Of a stretch of 32,000 nucleotides of DNA, positions 1 through 7,703 are shown in pieces (the first letter of the stretch is position 1; every line of letters begins with the position of its first letter). The stretch is from Raphidiopsis brookii D9 (GTDB lineage: Bacteria; Cyanobacteriota; Cyanobacteriia; Cyanobacteriales; Nostocaceae): assembly GCA_000175855.1 (NCBI GenBank), contig ACYB01000019.1, forward strand, positions 30,001 to 62,000, given 5' to 3'. The notes beneath the pieces were generated by a model. It did no database searches. It saw only the letters and a program-made list of their open reading frames with translations, and was not told the DNA's origin. The position numbers were made by a program, and so were the translations under genes.

Positions 1-38
1 AAAGTACTTCGATTTTTCCCCTGGGTGTGCCCTAACTA

Positions 39-374
39 TCACATACGTGTAAGAGCTGATACTTTAGCTATCTTATCTACTTCTAGCCCCTCTAGATCTT
101 TAATATGTAGCCAACCTTCCCTGACCAATTGGGCAAAAACAAATATCAACACAGAGTATCTATAGTCGTATTTGCCATCAATCTGATGCCTTCTTGCACT
201 CAGGAAATCGTGTAATTGCCATATTTCATCTAGCTTTGTAAGCGTGCCAGCTTGCTCACGAACAGTTTCTATCAAGGCACTAATTTCTCGCTCATAAGCT
301 CGATCAAAAGCTTTTCGAGCTAACTCCTTCTCTGTTGTAGACCACTCAATGTCATTCACTTGAACCATCCCCAT
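39..374 (-). CDS. frp: Fluorescence recovery protein (FRP), partner of OCP
   Basis: 111-aa ORF directly downstream of ocp on the same strand. It carries the FRP signature I recall from Synechocystis Slr1964 (W.LHDFLSA.RH.IDGKYD.R.SV.IFVFAQL..EG). A second in-frame ATG at 368 is an alternative start. Confidence 0.85.
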   Translation of the reverse strand: MGMVQVNDIEWSTTEKELARKAFDRAYEREISALIETVREQAGTLTKLDEIWQLHDFLSARRHQIDGKYDYRYSVLIFVFAQLVREGWLHIKDLEGLEVDKIAKVSALTRM

Positions 375-552
375 ATTAACTGTTAGTTCTCAAAATTAGT
401 TGTCAAAATTAAAAATTACTTCCCAGGAGAAAGTGCTAGAGACCCTATAACTGCTATATAAAACCTAGACAAAACTAGACTTTACTTTCTACTTCAACGG
501 GAGCGAGCGTTTATCCCTCAGTAGACTTGCACGCCTTAGCCAGACGCGATAA

Positions 553-588
553 CACAATCATCCTCACTTGCAAGGGAGGATGATTGTG
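553..588 (-). terminator. Stem-loop between ocp and frp (possible ocp terminator or attenuator)
   Basis: Perfect 13-bp inverted repeat cacaatcatcctc (553-565) / gaggatgattgtg (576-588) with a 10-nt loop, 54 nt past the ocp stop on the minus strand. No clear U-tract follows, so terminator function is uncertain. Confidence 0.4.
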
Positions 589-641
589 CAAGCAGGAATT
601 CTAACCCCTACTTACACAAGCTACACAAGCTAAAAACTACC

Positions 642-1601
642 CTAGCGCATTAAGTTCAGCAGTTCCTTAGGAGAAGCTAATAAGTCAATTGCAACAAAGA
701 ATATCTTACCCTGAGGATTAAGCAAGAATCGCCAAGCGATATTCATTCCCACAGCAGCGCCAAACCAAGGAGTTTGTACTTTACCGGTCACTTTTATTTG
801 AGTGTAACCATCTTCTACAGGTTCAGAAATTCCTCTTTCTGGAATCAGAGTCAGATTTTGACATTCCTCATTGAAAAATCTCGTAATGGCATCTCTGCCA
901 ACTATAGGTTTTTGAAAAGGGGGTTGGAGAGCACCATCAGGAGCAAACAAATCAATTAAGGCACCAAAGTCATTAGCATTCAAATTATTTACATAACTTA
1001 GTACTGTTGAGTTAGTTACCCCTTCAATAGTAACTTGAGTCCGCTTTGACATTTCCGTGGGGACGACAACAGGTTCAGATATTCTGGTATAATCACCCAA
1101 CTTGTTTGGGTCAAATCCCATATCTACTACAGTACTGCGTAAAGTTGTAATTTGCTGTCCCTGGTCCATTTCCCTCAGTGCTTGTAACACTGCTGCTGCA
1201 TTGGGAGAAAGTTGGTATCCAGCTGGAATCGGAGCAACAATACCCTGTTCCATCCACTCACCCAGTTGATTCCAGAATCCTAGCTTGATATTAGGAGACC
1301 ATGCTGCGTAGGTGCGGCAAATTGGGGTATCGGCACTATTCGCCAAGTCACACATAGCCTGTGTTTGTTCAGGAAAAGACATTTGACGAATTTGATTCAA
1401 CGTAGTTTCTGCAAACTGCATGCTAGCAGCTCCTGGTGCGGCAATTGTAACGGTTTTGCCCATTTCAAGATAGGCAAACCAAATCCATGCTAGCTGATCT
1501 TCTGCACTGAGCTGCTTAAATCGGGCGATTGTGGCTGGTACTGCATCAGCAGACAGAGTTTGTGGAAAAATTCCACGAGCTGAGTCGATTGTAATTGCCA
1601 T
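642..1601 (-). CDS. ocp: Orange carotenoid protein (full-length, OCP1-like)
   Basis: 319-aa ORF with an ATG start. It has an N-terminal helical carotenoid-binding domain (FPQTL..D.VPATIARF..L..DDQLAWIWFAYLEMG) plus a C-terminal NTF2-like domain (VTGKVQTPWFG..VGMNIAWRFLLNP.GKIFFVAIDLLASPKELL). frp follows it. Confidence 0.95.
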   Translation of the reverse strand: MAITIDSARGIFPQTLSADAVPATIARFKQLSAEDQLAWIWFAYLEMGKTVTIAAPGAASMQFAETTLNQIRQMSFPEQTQAMCDLANSADTPICRTYAAWSPNIKLGFWNQLGEWMEQGIVAPIPAGYQLSPNAAAVLQALREMDQGQQITTLRSTVVDMGFDPNKLGDYTRISEPVVVPTEMSKRTQVTIEGVTNSTVLSYVNNLNANDFGALIDLFAPDGALQPPFQKPIVGRDAITRFFNEECQNLTLIPERGISEPVEDGYTQIKVTGKVQTPWFGAAVGMNIAWRFLLNPQGKIFFVAIDLLASPKELLNLMR

Positions 1602-1726
1602 CGTGTAAACCTATATCTTGAATTACATCACACAAGATTAAGGATCCCACAAAACTGAACCCAATTATCCTTTTAAATAAATAAAATTTAACTATTTTCT
1701 GCCAATATGGCAACCTAGAACGCCAC

Positions 1727-2209
1727 CTACCCATTAACAACTAGATGTCTTTTAATAACCAAAAACCAACTGAAAGTCATTCCTGAATTGTCCGGTTGCA
1801 CTAGTAAAAAATGCACCCCCTCACTTACTTTTTTACGTTGTTGATAAACTTTAGCAGCTGCTGTGACATCCGTGTCTGTAAAAGTTGCTACTATCCAGCG
1901 ATTCGTTGAACTAGACTGTAAAATCAATCCATCAGGAGCACCAGCAATATAGTTTAAACTAACTGGATTATTTTCACTTAACCATCTTGCTAAACGTAAA
2001 GACTGTTTACCACCGTAAATTATCACTCCAGGTATGGAAACAGTCACAGCTAAACCCAGCTTGACTGGCAAAAATGAGTCTGGTATTTTCTTAAATGGAA
2101 TTGAACGACTGCCAAACTCCTCGAGGATATCACCAGCACTAACACTTGCAAAACACCACTGCTCCCCCCAAAGGCTTTCTGGTAATGGCATTGGTGGTAG
2201 CTGATTCAT
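1727..2209 (-). CDS. Tab2/ATAB2-like (DUF1092) protein, C-terminal domain only
   Basis: 160-aa ORF. The motifs PLPESLWGEQWCFASVSAGD, IPGVIIYGGKQSLRLARWL and VHFLLVQPDNSGMT match my memory of the C-terminal half of cyanobacterial Tab2-family RNA-binding proteins, which are normally about 280-300 aa. No N-terminal half is encoded upstream. Confidence 0.55.
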   Translation of the reverse strand: MNQLPPMPLPESLWGEQWCFASVSAGDILEEFGSRSIPFKKIPDSFLPVKLGLAVTVSIPGVIIYGGKQSLRLARWLSENNPVSLNYIAGAPDGLILQSSSTNRWIVATFTDTDVTAAAKVYQQRKKVSEGVHFLLVQPDNSGMTFSWFLVIKRHLVVNG

Positions 2210-2253
2210 ACCCGGCCCTTTCCCCTACAACTTAATGAACTATCAATATCAAA

Positions 2254-2327
2254 TGGCTCAGGTCGGATTCGAACCAACGACCCCAGGCTTATGAGTCCCG
2301 TGCTCTAACCTACTGAGCTACTGAGCC
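2254..2327 (-). tRNA. tRNA with CAU anticodon (elongator Met, or Ile2 if lysidine-modified)
   Basis: The 74-nt reverse complement GGCTCAG-TA-GCTC-AGTAGGTTA-GAGC-A-CGGGA-CTCATAA-GCCTG-GGGTC-GTTGG-TTCGAAT-CCGAC-CTGAGCC-A folds as a cloverleaf. G1:C72 pairs, so it is not an initiator. There is one 31:39 A/G mismatch, and CCA is not encoded. Confidence 0.85.
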
Positions 2328-2408
2328 TAACTTCTTATTTGTTTATTTGTCCAAACCATCTTAGCACACTATTTCCTCCATGACAACTCCCCAAGAAAAA
2401 TTGTTTGG

Positions 2409-2447
2409 TCCTGATTATCCTAACCAAGATCTGAGGGATAATCAGGA
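2409..2447 (-). terminator. Hairpin downstream of the M23 peptidase gene (putative terminator)
   Basis: 12-bp perfect inverted repeat tcctgattatcc (2409-2420) / ggataatcagga (2436-2447) with a 15-nt loop. On the minus-strand RNA a U-rich stretch (aauuuuucuu) follows about 8 nt later. Confidence 0.45.
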
Positions 2448-2543
2448 GAGTCGTGTTGGGTATTGGCAGATTTTAACCATAAGCTTATGTTAAAAATAAC
2501 CAATGAGCAAAGTGGTTAAATATCAACCAAATAATTACAGAAA

Positions 2544-4373
2544 TTACAGACGTGCCTGAGAAGGTAAAAAAGCGATGGGATTAACCGCACCTTTGCCTGT
2601 GGGGTGGATCTCAAAATGGGTATGAGGACCAGTGCTAAAACCAGTGCTACCCATGGCGGCAATGGTTTCTCCCTGTTGGACTTCTTGACCTACCCGCACT
2701 AAGATACGGCTGTTATGGGCATAACGGGTCATACTGCCATCCTCATGGCGTATTTCCACCAACAGTCCATAACCTCCATTATTCCAACCTGCTCTTTCTA
2801 CTCGACCCGGAGCAGAGGCGTAAATTGGAGTTCCCACACCATTGGCAATATCAATACCTCTGTGCATTCTACCCCAGCGCCAACCATAACCAGAAGTTAG
2901 AACGCCTTTAGCAGGCCAGATGTGACCTGTCAAAGCGGGACTATTGTTATCTTCCTCCGTATCCCTAGGTAAATATATATCCACTGCAGCCAAAGGAGGT
3001 AAAGTTGGAGATACGGTTGTACCTCGCAATTTACCCAGAGAATCCCGGGCGTTAATCCTCCTGGGAGAAACATTTAATCTAATACTCGAAGGATTCCTTC
3101 TGGTATTTCCAGGAACAAACTGAGGGTTAACAGGCTCATTATTGGGAGCGATCGCATCTACACCCAATTCAGAATTAACGGAAACATTACTATCTTCCGT
3201 GAGCTTGGGTACAGCAATTGTTACTGCTTTGGGTTGAACACCTGGTAAAACTTTGACTGGATCAATATTCCCCTGTCCCAATGGGGATAAAGTATTGTCA
3301 ACTTGTTCAGAGTTAGGCAAACCAATAGCAGATCTTTGAGCGCGATACTTTTCCCGTAGTCTTTCAATTTCTGCCTGTAAGCTACGAAGTCCGTTCTTTG
3401 GTGCCACCTTTTCTAACTGAGTTGGAACTGTTCTTGGGACTATTGCCACGCTGGTGGTAAACCCATCTGTAGAGCCACCTATCCCCTTGGGGGTAGTTAC
3501 TTGATTTTTGCCAGTCACAGGTACGCTTATGATAGATCCACTACTTGGCGATGGGATCTGAGGTACTTTAACAGCAACTCCCTCACTGCTCCTTGCTGAT
3601 GGTGGCAAAGGCAATTCAGCAGCATCGGGTAGATTAGCTTCCCGGTCAGGGGGAACTAAAGGAGAAATGGCGATTTGGGCACTTCTTTCGGATGGAATAA
3701 AAACCGGACTGGTTGCAGTAGGTAGCTGTTGTAGACCGGTTCCAGACTTAACTTGAGGAATAATCAGTTTCTGATTCACCCGCAAATCGTGAGGATCACT
3801 CAGACCATTAGCCTGAATTAGCTCAGCCACGGAAGTCCCATGATTACCAGCAATTTCCACCAAGGTGTCACCTGGCCTCACATTATAGTTGGAGTAGTTA
3901 GAAATCTCCTTTGAAGTCACAACTTGGGGAATTGTCACCACTGGGACGGATTTTTCTTCCAGCGAGTTGTTATTCTTTACGCTACTTGATTCCTGTGCCT
4001 CTTGAGGCAAGGAATTCAAACTAGTTTTTAAACGCTCCGATTTTTCTTTTAGCTGGTTAACTGCAAACTCTTGTTGTTCCCTTATCTGGTCATTAGAAGC
4101 ATTGTCAACCTGGGTAGGCACTTCAATACTTTCAGGCACGCTTGCTAAAGTGGGAGTCTCCGCACTCAATTTTTCTGCCGTGATTTTTTCCACATCGGTT
4201 CCAGGCATGGATGGATCTACGAAGGCTGCTTTTTCACTGGCAACTGGGGCTGCTGCTTGGGCCTTGTCGCCTTTTTGGGTGATAAAAAGGCTGGTAGCAC
4301 CCATAGAAATTGCTAAACCAATCATGGCCGCTCGCGGTATTGATCGGCAATTACCTTTTTTGATTTGTTTCAT
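2544..4373 (-). CDS. LysM-domain M23 family metallopeptidase (cell-wall endopeptidase)
   Basis: 609-aa ORF with an N-terminal signal/anchor (AAMIGLAISMGATSLFI) and a LysM motif (YNVRPGDTLVEIAGNHGTSVAELIQANGL...LRVNQKLIIP). A long P/S-rich linker leads to a C-terminal M23 core (HRGIDIA..GTPIYA...G.V...GW..GGYG..V.I.H.DG..T.YAH......V..GQ.V..G..I...GSTG.STGPHTHFE). Confidence 0.9.
   Translation of the reverse strand: MKQIKKGNCRSIPRAAMIGLAISMGATSLFITQKGDKAQAAAPVASEKAAFVDPSMPGTDVEKITAEKLSAETPTLASVPESIEVPTQVDNASNDQIREQQEFAVNQLKEKSERLKTSLNSLPQEAQESSSVKNNNSLEEKSVPVVTIPQVVTSKEISNYSNYNVRPGDTLVEIAGNHGTSVAELIQANGLSDPHDLRVNQKLIIPQVKSGTGLQQLPTATSPVFIPSERSAQIAISPLVPPDREANLPDAAELPLPPSARSSEGVAVKVPQIPSPSSGSIISVPVTGKNQVTTPKGIGGSTDGFTTSVAIVPRTVPTQLEKVAPKNGLRSLQAEIERLREKYRAQRSAIGLPNSEQVDNTLSPLGQGNIDPVKVLPGVQPKAVTIAVPKLTEDSNVSVNSELGVDAIAPNNEPVNPQFVPGNTRRNPSSIRLNVSPRRINARDSLGKLRGTTVSPTLPPLAAVDIYLPRDTEEDNNSPALTGHIWPAKGVLTSGYGWRWGRMHRGIDIANGVGTPIYASAPGRVERAGWNNGGYGLLVEIRHEDGSMTRYAHNSRILVRVGQEVQQGETIAAMGSTGFSTGPHTHFEIHPTGKGAVNPIAFLPSQARL
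3148..3155. repeat. HIP1 octamer GCGATCGC
   Basis: Exact palindromic octamer read in the sequence. Confidence 0.95.
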
Positions 4374-5118
4374 TCAAGGCAAATTGGAAATTGTCAGAAG
4401 TATTTTTAACCACAGCGCTTACCCTCCTGTTTAATGCTCGATTCAAAGATGACCTCCTATGATCAAACTTCGCTTAACTGATTTTGGTCTTTATTTTAAA
4501 TGTCCGATGTTAATTCACAATTGGAACTGCATCAAACCATAAATCAAGATCATATTCAAGTCACACTTACCAGAGATATTGACCTAAGATTAACCTGTTT
4601 CTCCGATTTAGACAAGTTCATAGTTGTTAGTAAATCTTAATTTTTTTCTTGGTTTGCTCTGTTAATACACCTCACGAAATTCAAGATTGTTGCAAGCAGG
4701 TGATTTATGTAGTTGGGGTTACTAAGATCGAAACCGGAAAAATGGTCATTGTTCGGTTTACTATCCCTTTACTAACCCTTAATACATGATTTTTTTTTCC
4801 CATCCGTTCTACCAATATCAAAATTTATGTCTTTGCTCCCTAAAAAACAACCGTACAAGTTTTTACTATTTTCCCTACCAGATTAACCGTATCTTATGTC
4901 ACAATACCCTATAAGACTTGATGGCACTTGCTTTCCATAATTTTACTCTCGAGAAAAAATCCTCTCAACAGGCTAAAATCCAGAAATCCACAAGTGCAGG
5001 GAACCTAAACTTGCTATATAAATTTCTTATATGTTGTCACTGCTACATATTACTACCTTCACCCTGAATATTACTGTGTAGTGCAAAGTCGCCTTTTGGT
5101 CATGCCTTCATTTTACTA

Positions 5119-5580
5119 TTATTTTAAATATGTCAACTGTCGTCTTGACTCAAATAAAGCTACAGCTACGCTCACTGATAGATTTAAGCTACGAACGCCA
5201 GGTTGATCCATAGGAATGTAGAGGGTAGAGTCACAAATATCGAGAATATTTTTCGGTATACCCGTTGTTTCACTGCCAAACAATAACCAGTCATCAGGGT
5301 GAAATTCGTGCTGAATATAGTTAATATTGCCCCTAACGCTGAAGCCTAGGAGTCTACCTCCTCTTTGCTGATGAACTTTGAGGAATGTATGATATGATTC
5401 ATGGTAGTTGAGTTTTACATGGGGCCAATAATCTAACCCTGCTCTTTTGAGGTAGCGGTCAGTAATTTCAAATCCTAAAGGGCCAACTAAATGCAGTTCG
5501 GTGGCCGTAGCAGCACAGGTACGGGCAATATTGCCTGTATTGGGGGGAATTTGTGGGTTAATTAAAACTACCTGAGGCAT
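5119..5580 (-). CDS. trmL: tRNA 2'-O-methyltransferase TrmL (SpoU/TrmH superfamily)
   Basis: 153-aa ORF with SpoU motifs NTGNIARTCAA, LFGSETTGIP and IPM..GVRSLNLSVSVAVALFE. Its size is typical of TrmL. Confidence 0.8.
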   Translation of the reverse strand: MPQVVLINPQIPPNTGNIARTCAATATELHLVGPLGFEITDRYLKRAGLDYWPHVKLNYHESYHTFLKVHQQRGGRLLGFSVRGNINYIQHEFHPDDWLLFGSETTGIPKNILDICDSTLYIPMDQPGVRSLNLSVSVAVALFESRRQLTYLK

Positions 5581-5675
5581 AAAATCAAAGACAGGGTTTT
5601 AAATGGTCAGAAACTGGTTTAGATGGGAACACTTTGGTTGGACAAACTATAGGTTTTTCTTATACCTGGCAACTT

Positions 5676-6836
5676 TTAGGCAATTGCGGAGGAACACAAT
5701 AACTTGCTTTCTAGTTCTTTTTCCCGTTCGTGAGTGCTAACTACCGCTTGTTTGATGACTTGCTGAATGTCTATTCCCACTTTGTGTAATTGTAGCCACT
5801 GCTGAGCTTCGTTACCTTCCCGCAGTATTTTCTTTAGGGGGGAGAGAAAACAACTAAATCCTTCTTGTTTGGCTATTTTCCACACTTGTTCATACACCTG
5901 ACTAATCCATTCTCTGGCTATAATAATACTGCCATCTTGCCAGTGATGTAACTTAGCGTCTAAACTGAATTTAGCTGCTGCCATTTCGTTTTTATTTGTT
6001 AGAGTAATTAAATCATCTAATGAAAATTTGCTTTGTTTGAGTGGATCTATGTTGTCATTCTCTATTATTTGTAATATTCTTGCCTCTAGTAAAGCAGTAA
6101 TTGCTAACAAAGAAATGGGATCTGTCACCAAGTCACAAATTCGCAATTCTAATCGGTTCAAATTATAGGGACGGCGATCGCCATTAGGTCTAACGGATGT
6201 CCATAGGTGTCGCACATTCTTCATAGTACCTGCTTTTAACTGGGACTCTACCCACTTGACATGATGTGTATGACTGGTAAACAGAGGTACATAATTAGGA
6301 GTTTGAGGGAAGAGTCCCCATCTTGTGGAATGATAGCCAGTAGCTTGACCATTTAAAAACGGTGATGAAGCACTCAGTGCTAAAAATAGAGGAGCCTCTA
6401 AACGAATAACTCGACAAGCCCGCATCAAAACTTCCATATCTGGTATACCAACATTAATATGCACACTAGCAGTTACTACCTTTGTGCCGTAGGTTTGCTC
6501 AATGTAATCATGATATGGGTTAGTAAGATCAGAGCGATAAAATCGGTCGCCACCTCCCAGGGATAAAGTACTTCCCGGAATTAGCGTATATTTATTTGAT
6601 TTATCCAAGTTAGACAAATTATCTAAATACTTTCTTAAGCGTTGTCGAGGAAGTAAGAGGTTGCACAACTGATATTCATAGCTAGTGGATGGGGGAGTGA
6701 TATATTCTACATTACGACTATCTGGTTCCCGCATAAAACCTTGTAGTTCTGAAACAATACGATCAGAGAGACCGACAATATCACCTTCACAAGTACCGGT
6801 ATAGATTTCAATTTCAAAGCCTTTTGTTAAGACCAC
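5676..6836 (-). CDS. gshA: Glutamate--cysteine ligase, cyanobacterial type
   Basis: 386-aa ORF. The N-terminus VLTKGFEIEIYTGT matches the cyanobacterial putative GshA family as I remember it. GTG start preceded by AAGGAG at a 9-nt spacing. Confidence 0.75.
   Translation of the reverse strand: MVLTKGFEIEIYTGTCEGDIVGLSDRIVSELQGFMREPDSRNVEYITPPSTSYEYQLCNLLLPRQRLRKYLDNLSNLDKSNKYTLIPGSTLSLGGGDRFYRSDLTNPYHDYIEQTYGTKVVTASVHINVGIPDMEVLMRACRVIRLEAPLFLALSASSPFLNGQATGYHSTRWGLFPQTPNYVPLFTSHTHHVKWVESQLKAGTMKNVRHLWTSVRPNGDRRPYNLNRLELRICDLVTDPISLLAITALLEARILQIIENDNIDPLKQSKFSLDDLITLTNKNEMAAAKFSLDAKLHHWQDGSIIIAREWISQVYEQVWKIAKQEGFSCFLSPLKKILREGNEAQQWLQLHKVGIDIQQVIKQAVVSTHEREKELESKLLCSSAIA
6174..6181. repeat. 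HIP1 octamer GCGATCGC
   Basis: Exact octamer. Confidence 0.95.
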
Positions 6837-6845
6837 GTTATTTTG

Positions 6846-6851
6846 CTCCTT
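6846..6851 (-). promoter_or_regulatory. Shine-Dalgarno AAGGAG for gshA
   Basis: The minus strand reads ccAAGGAGcaaaataacGTG, giving a 9-nt spacer to the GTG at 6836. Confidence 0.6.
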
Positions 6852-6882
6852 GGCTCTTCTAATTTAATAAATTGTATCAAAC

Positions 6883-7665
6883 TTAACGATTTTTGTCATC
6901 TAAGAGAAAATTAATCGTTGCTTGAGGTAAATCACATAATTCTGACAGAGAAATTCTACCTTGATCTAAAAAATAGCCAACCCTAGTGGATGCTGCTGGC
7001 AAAATTCGCTTACCACTACGAATCTGTATATGAAATTTATGCTCTGTCACATCAAACACCACAAACAGTGATACTAACTTCCAAATCATTTGACTGGGTG
7101 GTAAGATTCTAAAACCTGTGACTATTTTCCCCGTCTCTGGTAGATGAAATGACAAATGAGAACTTTGGATAATTTCTTGTATATCTGTTAAGGTTAATAC
7201 AGAAACGTCTAAAGTACCATCTTCCAAGTTAAGCAACAAGGACAAATCTGGTAAATGCCTGGGCACGTCATGATTAAAAGCTTCTGTCGTCAGAGTAAAT
7301 TTACCCTCCAGAATATCTGTGTTAGCGTAAATGTGTACATTGTAAGGTGGTTGAGGTACAGTTCCTTTTTCATAGAATAATCTACCTTCCTGAGTAACAG
7401 TGATTGGGGTTTGAAATGCCAAAGTTTGTAGTGATTGAAGAATAGAAATTGTACTGTGGACGAATACAGGATCTAGAGCCAAAATTGCTGCCAACTCATC
7501 TGGTGTTGGTGCGGGTTTAAATTCTATTGCTGCGCGAATAATAAACTCCTCCAAAACATTAAATGGGCGAGATTCCTTAATGGTTAGCTCTAGGGAATTT
7601 TGATACAAACTATAGCGAAATTGACGAGCAGCAAAAACGGACAAATTGGGATTTTTAATTTTCAA
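6883..7665 (-). CDS. Hypothetical protein, third gene of the helicase cassette; possible N-terminal winged-helix/HTH
   Basis: 260-aa ORF starting 38 nt after the helicase stop. The only in-frame start candidates near the 5' end are TTG (7665 and a few codons later). Residues ~35-85 (FNVLEEFIIRAAIEFKPAPTPDELAAILALDPVFVHSTISILQSLQ) look like a helix-turn-helix. I recognise no family. Confidence 0.55.
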   Translation of the reverse strand: MKIKNPNLSVFAARQFRYSLYQNSLELTIKESRPFNVLEEFIIRAAIEFKPAPTPDELAAILALDPVFVHSTISILQSLQTLAFQTPITVTQEGRLFYEKGTVPQPPYNVHIYANTDILEGKFTLTTEAFNHDVPRHLPDLSLLLNLEDGTLDVSVLTLTDIQEIIQSSHLSFHLPETGKIVTGFRILPPSQMIWKLVSLFVVFDVTEHKFHIQIRSGKRILPAASTRVGYFLDQGRISLSELCDLPQATINFLLDDKNR

Positions 7666-7703
7666 TTTCGCCGACCATGGTTTTCAAATAGGGATCAATA
7701 TTT

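Noticed and set aside
774-959. 61-aa plus-strand ORF inside ocp
   Set aside because: It is an antisense shadow of a confidently identified gene, with low-complexity odd composition and no start context.
1546-1740. 64-aa minus-strand ORF spanning the ocp 5' end and the upstream spacer
   Set aside because: It overlaps ocp out of frame and runs through the spacer up to the stop of the Tab2-like ORF. It is most simply explained as a chance ORF in AT-rich spacer.
2210-2543. tRNA(CAU) as an integration site for a genomic island
   Set aside because: No integrase is nearby. I noticed no second copy of the tRNA 3' end (ggtcggattcgaacc or its complement) elsewhere in the window, and the flanking genes are housekeeping. 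This was an eye scan, not exhaustive.
2715-4434. Plus-strand ORFs 2715-2900 and 4102-4434 antisense to the M23 peptidase gene
   Set aside because: They are shadow ORFs within a gene that has clear LysM and M23 motifs on the other strand.
5079-5090. 12-mer tagtgcaaagtc repeated at 31699-31710
   Set aside because: Dozens of 12-mer coincidences are expected by chance in 32 kb counting both strands. The flanks do not extend the match.
7666-7703. Possible fusion of the helicase with the downstream 260-aa ORF (as proposed for the upstream junction)
   Set aside because: The helicase TAA (7704-7706) lies upstream of an in-frame TGA in the downstream gene's frame. No single indel can join them, so they are separate genes.
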